Below are positions 9,767 through 18,492 of a stretch of 64,000 bases of DNA, piece by piece. Source of the stretch: an uncultured Gemmatimonadales bacterium (GTDB lineage Bacteria > Gemmatimonadota > Gemmatimonadetes > Longimicrobiales > Longimicrobiaceae); contig OY970303.1 of the NCBI GenBank assembly GCA_963716255.1, forward strand, positions 2,464,001 to 2,528,000. Direction: 5' to 3'. Each line of letters begins with the position of its first letter. Within the stretch, counting starts at the first letter, position 1. Made by a program: the position numbers and the translations under genes. The notes below the pieces were generated by a model that saw only the letters and a list, made by a program, of their open reading frames with translations, searched no databases and had not been told where the DNA came from.

Positions 9767-9856
9767 GCGGACAGGCGGTCGTTCACCGGGTTTGTTCACG
9801 CTGTCGAGGGAGTGGCGGCGGACGTGGATTCGCGGTGCGGTCCGGGCTCGATGTGC

Positions 9857-10318
9857 TCACCCGCCGCTCCCCAGCATCCCGGCGTCCTCCTCCGCCCCGC
9901 GCTCCCGGTCCAGCTCGGGGCGCCGCCGGAACCTGACCTCCACCCCCACCTCGTACGCCCGCCCCGCCAGGTCGTAGCCCACGCGCGCCAGGTCGGTCCC
10001 GCCGCACTGCCTCTCGATGGCCTCCACCAGGTCCAGCCGGCAGGTCATCCGCAGCGCGCCCATGGCGAGCGGGTACAGCGGCTCGGTGCGCGGCCCGGGA
10101 TGGTCGGCGTCGGCGTAGACGCGCTGCACGGGGAGGTTGGCGAAGCGGGCGGGGTCCAGCACGTCGCGCAGGCGCAGGCACACCTCGTCGGCGACGGCCA
10201 GCATCTCGGGAGGGGTGAGGGTGGGGGCGTAGACGATCGCCACCGACAGCTCCAGCGCGGTCTCCGGCGGCTGGGTGTCGGGGTCGCTCCCGACGCGGGT
10301 CGGTCGCAGCGTGGTCAT
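9857..10318 (-). CDS. Hypothetical cytoplasmic protein ending in DAGMLGSGG
   Basis: GGAG RBS before ATG at 10318; genome-typical codon style; 153 aa. Confidence 0.7.
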   Translation of the reverse strand: MTTLRPTRVGSDPDTQPPETALELSVAIVYAPTLTPPEMLAVADEVCLRLRDVLDPARFANLPVQRVYADADHPGPRTEPLYPLAMGALRMTCRLDLVEAIERQCGGTDLARVGYDLAGRAYEVGVEVRFRRRPELDRERGAEEDAGMLGSGG

Positions 10319-10535
10319 CGGCGCGGTCTCCGGCTCGGGGTGCGGTCGCGGGTGCCTGCACGCCACCGTACGCCGGGGCCGTCCATTCCGTCAATCTTTT
10401 TGGCCGCTTTCGCCCGGAAGATGCCACGCACTCCCTGAAGGATGGCGGGAAGTCCTTCCCATGGTTGCTGTCATCTTCGGTGCGCTGCACATTGCAGTCG
10501 CACCATCCTTTCCACCCAATCTTTTTGGAGGAACC

Positions 10536-10844
10536 ATGAAGCGACTCGCCCTTACGCTCGCGGTGCTCGGACTCTGCGCCACCGCGGGCGCATGCGACGG
10601 CAGCCGCGGCCTCACGGAGCCCGCCGGCCGCGTTCAGAACATCGGGACGATGGGATCAGGTTACAGGGAAGGCACGGATGGAGACGGCACGACGACTACG
10701 CAGGACAACGGCGGGACGATCGGGTCAGGCCACAGGGAGGGTATGGACGGGGATACCCTCCCTGTGAGCACGCAGAACATCGGAACCAGCGGTTCCGGCC
10801 TCAAGGCCGAGGATAACGGAGGCACAAGCGGTTCAGGCCACTAA
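10536..10844 (+). CDS. Secreted/lipoprotein peptide precursor with four N[IG]GTxGSG[YHL] repeats
   Basis: GGAGG RBS; MKRLALTLAVLGLCATAGAC signal/lipobox; repeats NIGTMGSGY, NGGTIGSGH, NIGTSGSGL, NGGTSGSGH. Confidence 0.85.
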   Translation: MKRLALTLAVLGLCATAGACDGSRGLTEPAGRVQNIGTMGSGYREGTDGDGTTTTQDNGGTIGSGHREGMDGDTLPVSTQNIGTSGSGLKAEDNGGTSGSGH

Positions 10845-10879
10845 CGGTTCTGATGCTGTCGCCCAGCCTGCTGAGTAGA

Positions 10880-12193
10880 TCAGTCCATCTGGTGGCGCTC
10901 GGGGAACAGCATCGCCTCGGATAGCTCTGGGGCGGGCTGTTTCGCGAGCTTCTTCAGCAACAAGCCAGTGATCCTGTCGACTGTGCTGCCTTCCTCCGGA
11001 ACTACGTCGAGCGGGCCTTGAGTGCGCAGCGGCAGCTCGGCAAGCATTCCTTCGGCGGCGGCAATCACACTCATGTTGCCGACCCGCCTTGCTTCTGTAA
11101 GCGCTTCTCTCGCCAGAGCCCCCGCTCTGTCCCATTGCTCGAAGTACCGCGCACCTTCTGCCAGGTGATACAGTGAGCTTGACGCTCTATCGTTGGCCTC
11201 CGCCACCATGCGCAACACCCGATCGCTCGCCCGCTCGAACCGGATGCGGTCGTGGACGGCAGCAGTGGATCGCGCCAAGGCAGATACGAGGAGGATCTTG
11301 TGGGATTGAACTTCGAACCAGGGAAGCACGCGCTCAAAAAGGTAGATCGCACTGGAGAAGTAGCAGAGCCTCATCCAGAGGAAGCCAATGTCGAACGCGA
11401 GATTCGGAATCCGTTGGTGCTTCAGCGGGTAGAGGCTGATCGCCTCTTCAGCATGCAGCACCGCTTCATCGTACCGTCCACCAGCAATCATCACACCGAG
11501 CAACTCGTGGTGTGCGGATCCCGCCAAGCGATTTCTCCCCTGCCGCAGAGCAGCCCTAGCCGCCCTCCGGAAATGCGCCTCTGCCTCGTCCAGGTTGCCC
11601 TGATCGAGTGCCACACCTCCCAGACCGATCAACGCGATCGCGCACTCTGCCTCCAGCCCTTTCAACCGGGCCTGCCTATATCCGCGCCGGTACCAAAGGC
11701 TGGCACGCTGATAGTCGTGTGCCCTCCTGCAAAGCCTCCCTGCGGCATGGTTGCGGAGCGGCTGAGACTCCACCCGCGCCGCGGCCTCCGCGAACTGGAG
11801 CGCCGTCTCGCGCATCCCGCGCAGCTCCGCCCACACCAGCACCCGCTCGCACGCCTCCGCCACGCGCGCCGCCTCCGCCCGCCCCGGCGTCGCCACCATC
11901 ATCGCCAGCTCGCGCAGCGGCTCCGTCAGCTCCGGCGCCTCCTCGGCGGCCTGCGACAGCCGCGCCGTCTGCGCGGCGACGAGCGGGCGGAACAGCCCCG
12001 CGCGGTCGCCGGGGGGCACCTGCGCCCACAGCACCACGTCGCGCAAGAGCTGCCAGAGCGTGATGCCCAGCACCGGGCCGCACTCCGCCAGCAGCCTCCA
12101 CTCGGGGCGGGGCCACCCGGGGGCCGGGGGCACCTGCGAGAACCGCGGCGCCCGCTTCAGCGTCCCGGACCGGCTCGGATGCTCGTCGCTCAT
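10880..12193 (-). CDS. Cytoplasmic TPR-repeat protein (437 aa)
   Basis: Helical TPR-like units (ALIGLGGVALDQGNLDEAEAHFRRA; GRYDEAVLHAEEAISL; EQWDRAGALAREAL); no signal peptide; the ORF-track extension to 13339 is spurious. Confidence 0.85.
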   Translation of the reverse strand: MSDEHPSRSGTLKRAPRFSQVPPAPGWPRPEWRLLAECGPVLGITLWQLLRDVVLWAQVPPGDRAGLFRPLVAAQTARLSQAAEEAPELTEPLRELAMMVATPGRAEAARVAEACERVLVWAELRGMRETALQFAEAAARVESQPLRNHAAGRLCRRAHDYQRASLWYRRGYRQARLKGLEAECAIALIGLGGVALDQGNLDEAEAHFRRAARAALRQGRNRLAGSAHHELLGVMIAGGRYDEAVLHAEEAISLYPLKHQRIPNLAFDIGFLWMRLCYFSSAIYLFERVLPWFEVQSHKILLVSALARSTAAVHDRIRFERASDRVLRMVAEANDRASSSLYHLAEGARYFEQWDRAGALAREALTEARRVGNMSVIAAAEGMLAELPLRTQGPLDVVPEEGSTVDRITGLLLKKLAKQPAPELSEAMLFPERHQMD

Positions 12194-12391
12194 GGACACG
12201 CTCGCGGGAATGGGAGGGAGCCGTCCGCCGCGCGGGATGGCGGTGGATAGGCGTGAAAAGGCCCGCACCGGCAAGATATTGAGTGCGGCGGCGCACGCAA
12301 GCACATGGCTGCAAGCATGCGACATCCGGCGCCCCCCGCGGGGCCCGCATCCCCTTCGTGGACACCCCGTTGGCCGGCCGCCCGGGCCGCG

Positions 12392-12429
12392 AAAGGAGAA
12401 GCCTTCCCCGGCGCCGGGAAAGGCTTCTC
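12392..12429 (-). terminator. Probable terminator of the minor-pilin operon
   Basis: GAGAAGCCTTTCCCGG/CCGGGGAAGGCTTCTC stem followed by CTTT on the minus strand. Confidence 0.6.
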
Positions 12430-12483
12430 GCTCCGCTGCACTCCGGTCGGCCGGGGCACGCCCGCGGCCGCCGTCCGGCGGCG

Positions 12484-14223
12484 TCAGCTGTCCGCCGTGA
12501 TCCGGTCGAAGTACGCGCCCACGTTGAACCCCGTGGGGTCGATCTCGTAGTAGCGCGCCCTGCCGAACCGCCCCGTCGTGGGAAAGTACGGCGGCGGATT
12601 GGTGTACGCGCACCCGTCGTACGAATACCGCTTGAGGTAGCCGGTCCCCAGCGTCGTCCCCACCGGCCCGCGCTCCTGCTGGATCACGCCCCCGGTGAGG
12701 TACAGGCACCCGCGCCCCCAGTTGACGCTCTCGCACTTGTCCGCGTTGGTGGGACCCCCGTCGTACCCCTGCACCGTGAAGCTGTTGAGCGAGAGCAGCA
12801 CCGCGTGCACGAACTCGCTGGGCGTGTCGTCGAACGAATAGTACGACCCGTTCGTCTCCACCTGCTGCGGCGTGTTGAGGGTGTTGTCCGCCACCACGAT
12901 GTCGCCGCCGCTGAACAGCCCCAGGATGTCGTCGCACGTCCCGCTGCCGGGATCGGTGGCGTAGCGCAGGTCGTCCACGATGAAGATGGCGCCCGTACTG
13001 GCCAGCGTCACCCGGCCCCGCAGCGTGCCGCTGATGGCCACGCGGCCGGTGACGTGGATCACGCCCTTGAAGTTGACGTTGTAGTCGCGGCTGAGCGGGA
13101 ACAGGAAGTTGCGGTCCGCGCGCGCCGCGATCTCGGCCGGCGGGTTGGTCCACGCCGTGGGCCGGGTGCGCCAGGCGCCCGCGGAGCTCGCGCCCAGGAT
13201 GCTGTCGCCGCCCAGGAAGCAGCGCCGGTTGGTCTTCTTCAGCCAGTCGCGCTTGGTGGCGGCGTTCCCCCCCGCGTCCTTGCTCGCGACGAAGCGGTTG
13301 GAGCTGTCGTAGGCGCCGCAGTTCTCCGACGAGGGCCACCCGCTGCCGGGCATGTTCGCCATCAGCCAGTCCGCCTGGTTGGACTCGTAGACCTTGAAGA
13401 AGCCCTCGCGCCTCCCGGCGATGGTGATGGTGAGGAACTCGATGCGGATGCGCGCCTCGTCCGGGTTTCCGCCCGTGGGCGCGTTGAACGCCGTGCCGCC
13501 CGCCGCCGCGTACCCCCGCAGCTTGGTGAGCTCCGCGGTGGTGGGCATGGGGATGCGGGCCGCCTTTTCCTGGTAGCCCTCCAGAAAGGTGCCGTACGAC
13601 TTGCCGCTGATGGTCTGGGCGGTGGTCACCATCCCGGGCCCGCGGAAGGTGGCCCGGGTGGAGTAGATCTTGAGGACGTCGTTGGTGTGCACGGGTCCCT
13701 GGATCTGGTCCCCGCCGCCGAAGGAGATGGCGGCCGGCTCCACGTCCGTGAAGTAAGCGTACTTGGCGAAGCTCTCCTGGACGATGTCCCCGCGCCGGAT
13801 CACCCGGTCGCCGCCGCCACTCTGGGCCACGGAGACCACGCTCCCGAACACCCCGAACTGCCCCGTGGCCACGCCGCTGGGACCCACGTACGTCCAGCGG
13901 CGGACGCCCGGGATGGTCACGCCGTTCGCGTCGGTCACCGCCACCCCGTTCTCCAGCCTCGCGTAGCCGGAATCCGGGTACAGCTGCGGGTCACCGTTGA
14001 TGCGGGCGCGCACCTCCTCGATCCCCGCGTCCGCCACCGCTTCCATCTCGCTCTGCTGGTCCTCGTACGCGGCGATGAGCCCGGCGTTGCCGGCCACCGC
14101 CACCGCGCCGATGGCCATGGCGCCCACGGCCAGGAGGACGAAGAGCACCAGCAGGAGGGCGATCCCCTCCTCGTTCCCGCGTACGCGCCCGGCGCGCGCG
14201 CCGGCCTTGCTGCCCTGGTTCAT
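12484..14223 (-). CDS. PilX-like minor pilin with large C-terminal domain
   Basis: EEG/IALLLVL prepilin motif lacking Glu5; last gene of the pilin operon. Confidence 0.8.
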   Translation of the reverse strand: MNQGSKAGARAGRVRGNEEGIALLLVLFVLLAVGAMAIGAVAVAGNAGLIAAYEDQQSEMEAVADAGIEEVRARINGDPQLYPDSGYARLENGVAVTDANGVTIPGVRRWTYVGPSGVATGQFGVFGSVVSVAQSGGGDRVIRRGDIVQESFAKYAYFTDVEPAAISFGGGDQIQGPVHTNDVLKIYSTRATFRGPGMVTTAQTISGKSYGTFLEGYQEKAARIPMPTTAELTKLRGYAAAGGTAFNAPTGGNPDEARIRIEFLTITIAGRREGFFKVYESNQADWLMANMPGSGWPSSENCGAYDSSNRFVASKDAGGNAATKRDWLKKTNRRCFLGGDSILGASSAGAWRTRPTAWTNPPAEIAARADRNFLFPLSRDYNVNFKGVIHVTGRVAISGTLRGRVTLASTGAIFIVDDLRYATDPGSGTCDDILGLFSGGDIVVADNTLNTPQQVETNGSYYSFDDTPSEFVHAVLLSLNSFTVQGYDGGPTNADKCESVNWGRGCLYLTGGVIQQERGPVGTTLGTGYLKRYSYDGCAYTNPPPYFPTTGRFGRARYYEIDPTGFNVGAYFDRITADS

Positions 14224-15386
14224 GGCGTGATGCCTCCCGTCGTGGAGAGCGCCGAGATGGACGGCGTGCAGTCCTGCGCGGCCACCGCGTAGTAGTACGT
14301 GGTGCCGAGCTTCACGTCGCTGTCCGTGTAGCTGTAGGTGGACTGGCCGGAGGGGATGCTCAGGTACGGATCGCCCCAGTCCGTACCGGTGACGGTCTTG
14401 CGCCACACGACGTAGCGCACCACGTCGCGCTCGCCCGAGTTCTCGTCTCCGGCCTGCCCCCAGGCGAGCCGCACCACGCGCTCCCCGGAGGGCAGCGTCA
14501 CCCGCGTGGCGGAGAGCGTGGCGCCCAGCTGCGGCGCCTCGCCGCAGGTCTGCAGGTTGGCCATCCCGGCGTTGGGAAAGCGGATCAGGCGGCTGACCGT
14601 GCGCTTCTGCTCGCGGGCCCCGGTATCCCCGTTGCTGGACACGAAGTTGACGCGCACGCCGCGGAGCCGGTCGATCCGCGCGGCCCGGCCGGTGTCCGCC
14701 GGGGTGCGGTGCGCGTACACGGTGTGCGCCAGCGGGAGCCAGGTGACCGGGACCGGGTCGATGCGGCTGGCCGTCGTGTCGGACTCCACCAGCTGCGAGT
14801 ACTCGAAGAACCGACGCCCCGGGGAGGCGAGCAGACTGCGCCCCACCACCCCGGGCGCCTGATCGTTGACCTGGCGGAAGAGCACCCAGTCGTCCGTGCG
14901 CGTGGTGGTGGTGTCGCGCTCGAAGTACAGGATGATGGTCTCCGCCGGGCTGTTGGTGTTCCGCTCGCTGTACGAGGTGTCCGGGTAGGTGAAGGCGGTG
15001 CCGGGGAGCCGGAAGCGGCGCGTGCGGGTGAGCGCCTGCACCGCGTTCACCGGGGCGTCCTTGTCGATGTACACGGAGAACACGTCGCCCGTATCGCGGC
15101 TCACGAAGTCCGCGTTGAACGCCAGCACCAGGCTGTCCGCGTACACCAGGAACGGCTGCTTCGCCGGGACGCCGGAGCCCACCGTGCGGAGGTCCCGCTC
15201 CAGCGCGTCCAGGACGAAGCGGTGGCTCTGGAGCACCGACATGCGCCCCGTGCCGAAGGAGAACGCCTGCCCCTGCTGCTTCACGAAGGCGAGCGCCGTG
15301 CTCACCAGCAGGCTGGCGATGAGCATGGACACCAGCAGCTCCACCAGCGTCATGCCGCGCTCGTCGCGGCGGAGGAAGCGGCTCAT
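14220..15386 (-). CDS. PilW-like minor pilin with C-terminal FN3-like domain
   Basis: ERG/MTLVELLV motif; YTDSDVKLGTTYYYAVAA FN3 signature. Confidence 0.85.
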   Translation of the reverse strand: MSRFLRRDERGMTLVELLVSMLIASLLVSTALAFVKQQGQAFSFGTGRMSVLQSHRFVLDALERDLRTVGSGVPAKQPFLVYADSLVLAFNADFVSRDTGDVFSVYIDKDAPVNAVQALTRTRRFRLPGTAFTYPDTSYSERNTNSPAETIILYFERDTTTTRTDDWVLFRQVNDQAPGVVGRSLLASPGRRFFEYSQLVESDTTASRIDPVPVTWLPLAHTVYAHRTPADTGRAARIDRLRGVRVNFVSSNGDTGAREQKRTVSRLIRFPNAGMANLQTCGEAPQLGATLSATRVTLPSGERVVRLAWGQAGDENSGERDVVRYVVWRKTVTGTDWGDPYLSIPSGQSTYSYTDSDVKLGTTYYYAVAAQDCTPSISALSTTGGITP

Positions 15387-15787
15387 GGCGCCGCCACGGT
15401 GATGGTGCGCGACACCGGACGCGGGAGCGTGACCGCCCTCACCTCCACGGTCACCTTCTTGTAGTCCACCACGCCGCGCACCCCGGCGGTGCGCACGTGC
15501 TGCACGTGGGTGTCGCGCGAGAACCCGGGCTGGCCGGCCACGGTCGGCTCCGCCACCTCGTAGCGGTCCTCCAGCGTGGCGTACACCGGGTCCAGCTGCA
15601 CCGACTGGATGCGGTCCTCCACCAGCTGGGTGGCGACGGCGGAGCGGTCCATGGTTCCCACGTCGCGCACGAAGTGGTCGGTGACGGCGGCCTGCACCCC
15701 GAGGATCGCGATTCCCAGGATGACCATGGCGACCAGCACCTCCACCATGGTGAAGCCGTCCCTGCGGCTCAGAATCCCCGTTTCCAT
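15383..15787 (-). CDS. PilV-like minor pilin
   Basis: RDG/FTMVEVLVAMVIL motif. Confidence 0.85.
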   Translation of the reverse strand: METGILSRRDGFTMVEVLVAMVILGIAILGVQAAVTDHFVRDVGTMDRSAVATQLVEDRIQSVQLDPVYATLEDRYEVAEPTVAGQPGFSRDTHVQHVRTAGVRGVVDYKKVTVEVRAVTLPRPVSRTITVAAP

Positions 15788-16377
15788 GTGAGTCGGGTGT
15801 AGTTGAACCAGGTGGGGCGCCCGGTGGCGCGGTCCACGATGATCACCCGCGCGTCGGCGGCATACCCGCCGCTTCGGGCCGCGCGCGTGCTGGTGAGATA
15901 GACGCCGCCTTCCTCGCTCGCGGTGCCGTTGCGGTGGAAGGTCACCGACGGCCGGCCGGCCTGCACGCGGGTGAACGACACCGGCCCGTTGCCGATGCGG
16001 TAGGCGGGCGCCCCGCCCCGTCCGAGCGCCACCCCCGCGTCCAGCGGCCGGAAGCGGACGTCCTCGCCGGTGTCGATGAGCGCGTCGTTGTCCACGTCCT
16101 CGTGGATGCGCACCATGCGGCCGGCCACGTCGAAGGAGACCACCACGTCGTGCTGCTTGACCACCGCGGCGCGCTGGGCGACCAGCAGCGACGATCCCAG
16201 GGCCTGCATGGCGCTGTCGACGCGGTAGTGGGAGATGTCCAGCCGCGGGGCGGCGATGGCGGCCATGATCCCGATGATCACCAGCACCGTCATCAGCTCT
16301 ATCATGGAGAAGCCCTGGCGCGAGCGCAGGGTGGAGCCCGGGCGGCTCCGTACGGGGGGCGCGCGGTAGTTCGGCAT
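15769..16377 (-). CDS. GspH/FimT-like minor pilin
   Basis: RQG/FSMIELMTVLVIIGIMAAIAAP; VTFHRNG motif. Confidence 0.85.
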   Translation of the reverse strand: MPNYRAPPVRSRPGSTLRSRQGFSMIELMTVLVIIGIMAAIAAPRLDISHYRVDSAMQALGSSLLVAQRAAVVKQHDVVVSFDVAGRMVRIHEDVDNDALIDTGEDVRFRPLDAGVALGRGGAPAYRIGNGPVSFTRVQAGRPSVTFHRNGTASEEGGVYLTSTRAARSGGYAADARVIIVDRATGRPTWFNYTRLTWKRGF

Positions 16378-16700
16378 GCGGAAGAGGGTGCGGGTGCCTG
16401 CTCAGTGCAGCGGGACCGGCGTGTGGGGCGGGACTTCAAATGGCGTGTTCCTCCCTTACGAGAATCGTACCCGATAGGGCGAAAACACTACATAGGTGCA
16501 CCAGCTTGCATCGCAAGCACTTGGTTACTTCCTGGCGGGAGCGGTCCGGGGCGGGGCACCCGCGGAACGCAAGGTTTCATGCAACCTGCGGCACGGGCGA
16601 ACAAACGTTCCCCCCATGACGGCGAAGAGGTCGTGGAGAGCCGGAGGGTCGATTCGATCGTGGGAGCTGCAAAGTTGACAGACGGACGGCGGTGGGGCTC

Positions 16701-16847
16701 GGGCGTGCCCCCGCTGGCGCAGGGTCGGGCTGCGGCTCCGTAACGCACGAATCAACCGTGCGTAACGGAGTCGAGCCCCGGCGGCAGCACTTCTGAACTG
16801 AGGTACCCCGCCGGGTCTCACCCCTTCGGGCCGAAATCCCTCACGCG
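16701..16847 (-). repeat. Family 1 repeat, copy B (expanded GAGAC-hairpin loop)
   Basis: Reverse complement of the family 1 consensus; overlaps the stop codon of the DUF1835-like gene. Confidence 0.85.
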
Positions 16848-17899
16848 GGCATCGCGCTGGCGTCCGCGGGCGGCTGTGCGTCCGGGCGCGCCAGCCGGCC
16901 CGCGGCGCGGTCCCAGCGCCACGGCGCGGCCGCGCCGCGCAGGTGGACGCCGCCCAGCCAGCGGTCCACGCCGCCCGCGGCGAGGCGGTCCGCCTCGCCG
17001 CGGAGCACGGCCAGGCCGTGCTCCGTCGGCTCCAGGCCCCGCTCGTGGAAGGCGGCGCCGCCGCCGCGCTCCGGGAGGCGGAAGGGGGCGCCGTCCGCGG
17101 GGCGCAGCAGCGGCTCCGGCCCGGCGGCCAGGCCGGCGACGTAGCCCCACAGCGTCGTGTCGCCCATGAACACGCGCTCCTCGCGCGCCTGGTCGGCCAG
17201 GAAGATCTCGCCGGGCGTGGCGGCGCCCGCGGCGACCGCCTCCAGCACCTGGCGCTCCGTGCGGGCGAGGCCGTCGCCCACGGCGGGGAACTGCTCCAGG
17301 TGGCGGAGCAGGGCGCCGCGCAGGAAGGGGAGCGCGGCGGTGTCCCCGGCGAGGACGCGCTCGATCTCCGTGGGGTCCGGCGCGCGGAAGGCCGCCCACG
17401 CGGCGCGGGCCAGCGCCCGCTGCGCGCCGGTCACCGGCGCGCGGCCGGGATGCAGCGACGCCAGCTGCCCGGGGCCGAGCTGCCCCAGCCCGTGAAAGGG
17501 CTCCACCCCCGGGAACTCGCCGACGCACACCAGCGACACCCGGGCGCGCGCCCCATCCCCGTCCGCCAGGCGGTCCAGCACCTGGAGGAGCTGGAGCTGG
17601 TCGTACAGGTCGTGCTCGAACCAGAGGACGACCTCGCCCCCGCCCGCCGCGGCGGCGGCCAGCGCGGCGTCGCGCGCTTCCAGGTCGGCCAGCACTTCGC
17701 CGTACGCGGCCCGGCCGTCCCCCGCCAGGAAGCGCGCGCGCACCCGGTTCAGTTCCGCGGGGGCGAGGCCGGCGGGGACCGGCCCCTCGTGGAGCACGTC
17801 GCGCCAGGGAAACACCTCGCCGCCCAGGCCGACGCGGCGGAGCGGCTCCGCCGCGGCGTCGCCGTTGGTGACGTGCAGGATCGCGGGGGCGTCGGGCAT
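16841..17899 (-). CDS. DUF1835-like domain protein
   Basis: LHVTNGD, WRDVLHEGPVP, VLWFEHDLYDQLQL and DRWLGGVHL motifs. Confidence 0.8.
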   Translation of the reverse strand: MPDAPAILHVTNGDAAAEPLRRVGLGGEVFPWRDVLHEGPVPAGLAPAELNRVRARFLAGDGRAAYGEVLADLEARDAALAAAAAGGGEVVLWFEHDLYDQLQLLQVLDRLADGDGARARVSLVCVGEFPGVEPFHGLGQLGPGQLASLHPGRAPVTGAQRALARAAWAAFRAPDPTEIERVLAGDTAALPFLRGALLRHLEQFPAVGDGLARTERQVLEAVAAGAATPGEIFLADQAREERVFMGDTTLWGYVAGLAAGPEPLLRPADGAPFRLPERGGGAAFHERGLEPTEHGLAVLRGEADRLAAGGVDRWLGGVHLRGAAAPWRWDRAAGRLARPDAQPPADASAMPA

Positions 17900-18057
17900 G
17901 GCGCGTGGGGGTGCGAGGGTGGCGGGAGGACGGTGCGCGCCCACACGTTCGGCGCGCCGGGGGCCGCGGGCAAGCCCCGCGCCCTTGACCCGCGGCCCGC
18001 GGGAGCGCAGACATTCCCGGTCGCGCGCATCGCCCGCCACCCTCGCCGCTCCCCGCC

Positions 18058-18492
18058 ATGGACGACGTCCGCATCCGCACCGCACGCCCGGAGGACGCGG
18101 CCGGGCTCGCCCGGCTGATGGAGGACCTGGGGTACCCCACCACCGCGGGGCAGATGGCCGCGCGGCTGGGGCCCATCCTCGCCGACCCGGACTACCGGAC
18201 GCTGGTGGCGGAGGCCGGCGGCGCCCTGGTGGGGATGGTGGGCGTGTTCCGCGGCCGGGACTACAGCCGCGACCCGCCCTACGCGCGCGTGCTCGCGCTG
18301 GTGGTGGACCCGGCGTGCCGGGGGAGCGGCGTGGGCGCGGCGCTCATGGACGCGGCGGAGGCGTGGGCGCGCGAGGTGGGCGCCGGCTCGGTGCACCTCA
18401 CCACGGCGGCGCACCGCGAGGGGGCGCACCGCTTCTACGAGCGGCTGGGCTACGAGGGCACCGGGCTGCGCTACCGCAAGCCGCTGGGCTGA
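18058..18492 (+). CDS. GNAT family N-acetyltransferase
   Basis: LVVDPACRGSGVGAALM motif A; AHRFYERLGY. Confidence 0.9.
   Translation: MDDVRIRTARPEDAAGLARLMEDLGYPTTAGQMAARLGPILADPDYRTLVAEAGGALVGMVGVFRGRDYSRDPPYARVLALVVDPACRGSGVGAALMDAAEAWAREVGAGSVHLTTAAHREGAHRFYERLGYEGTGLRYRKPLG

Noticed and set aside
10536..10844. Classical RiPP precursor
   Set aside because: No radical SAM, YcaO, ATP-grasp, lanthionine synthetase or peptidase-ABC transporter nearby; the N-terminus is a Sec/lipoprotein signal rather than a RiPP leader. Not fully excluded
8948..12193. Intact prophage
   Set aside because: Only a holin-like gene; no integrase, terminase, capsid, tail, endolysin or att sites seen
12194..13339. 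N-terminal extension of the TPR ORF (819 aa in the track)
   Set aside because: Overlaps the PilX-like gene in another frame and crosses its terminator; the ATG at 12193 is more plausible
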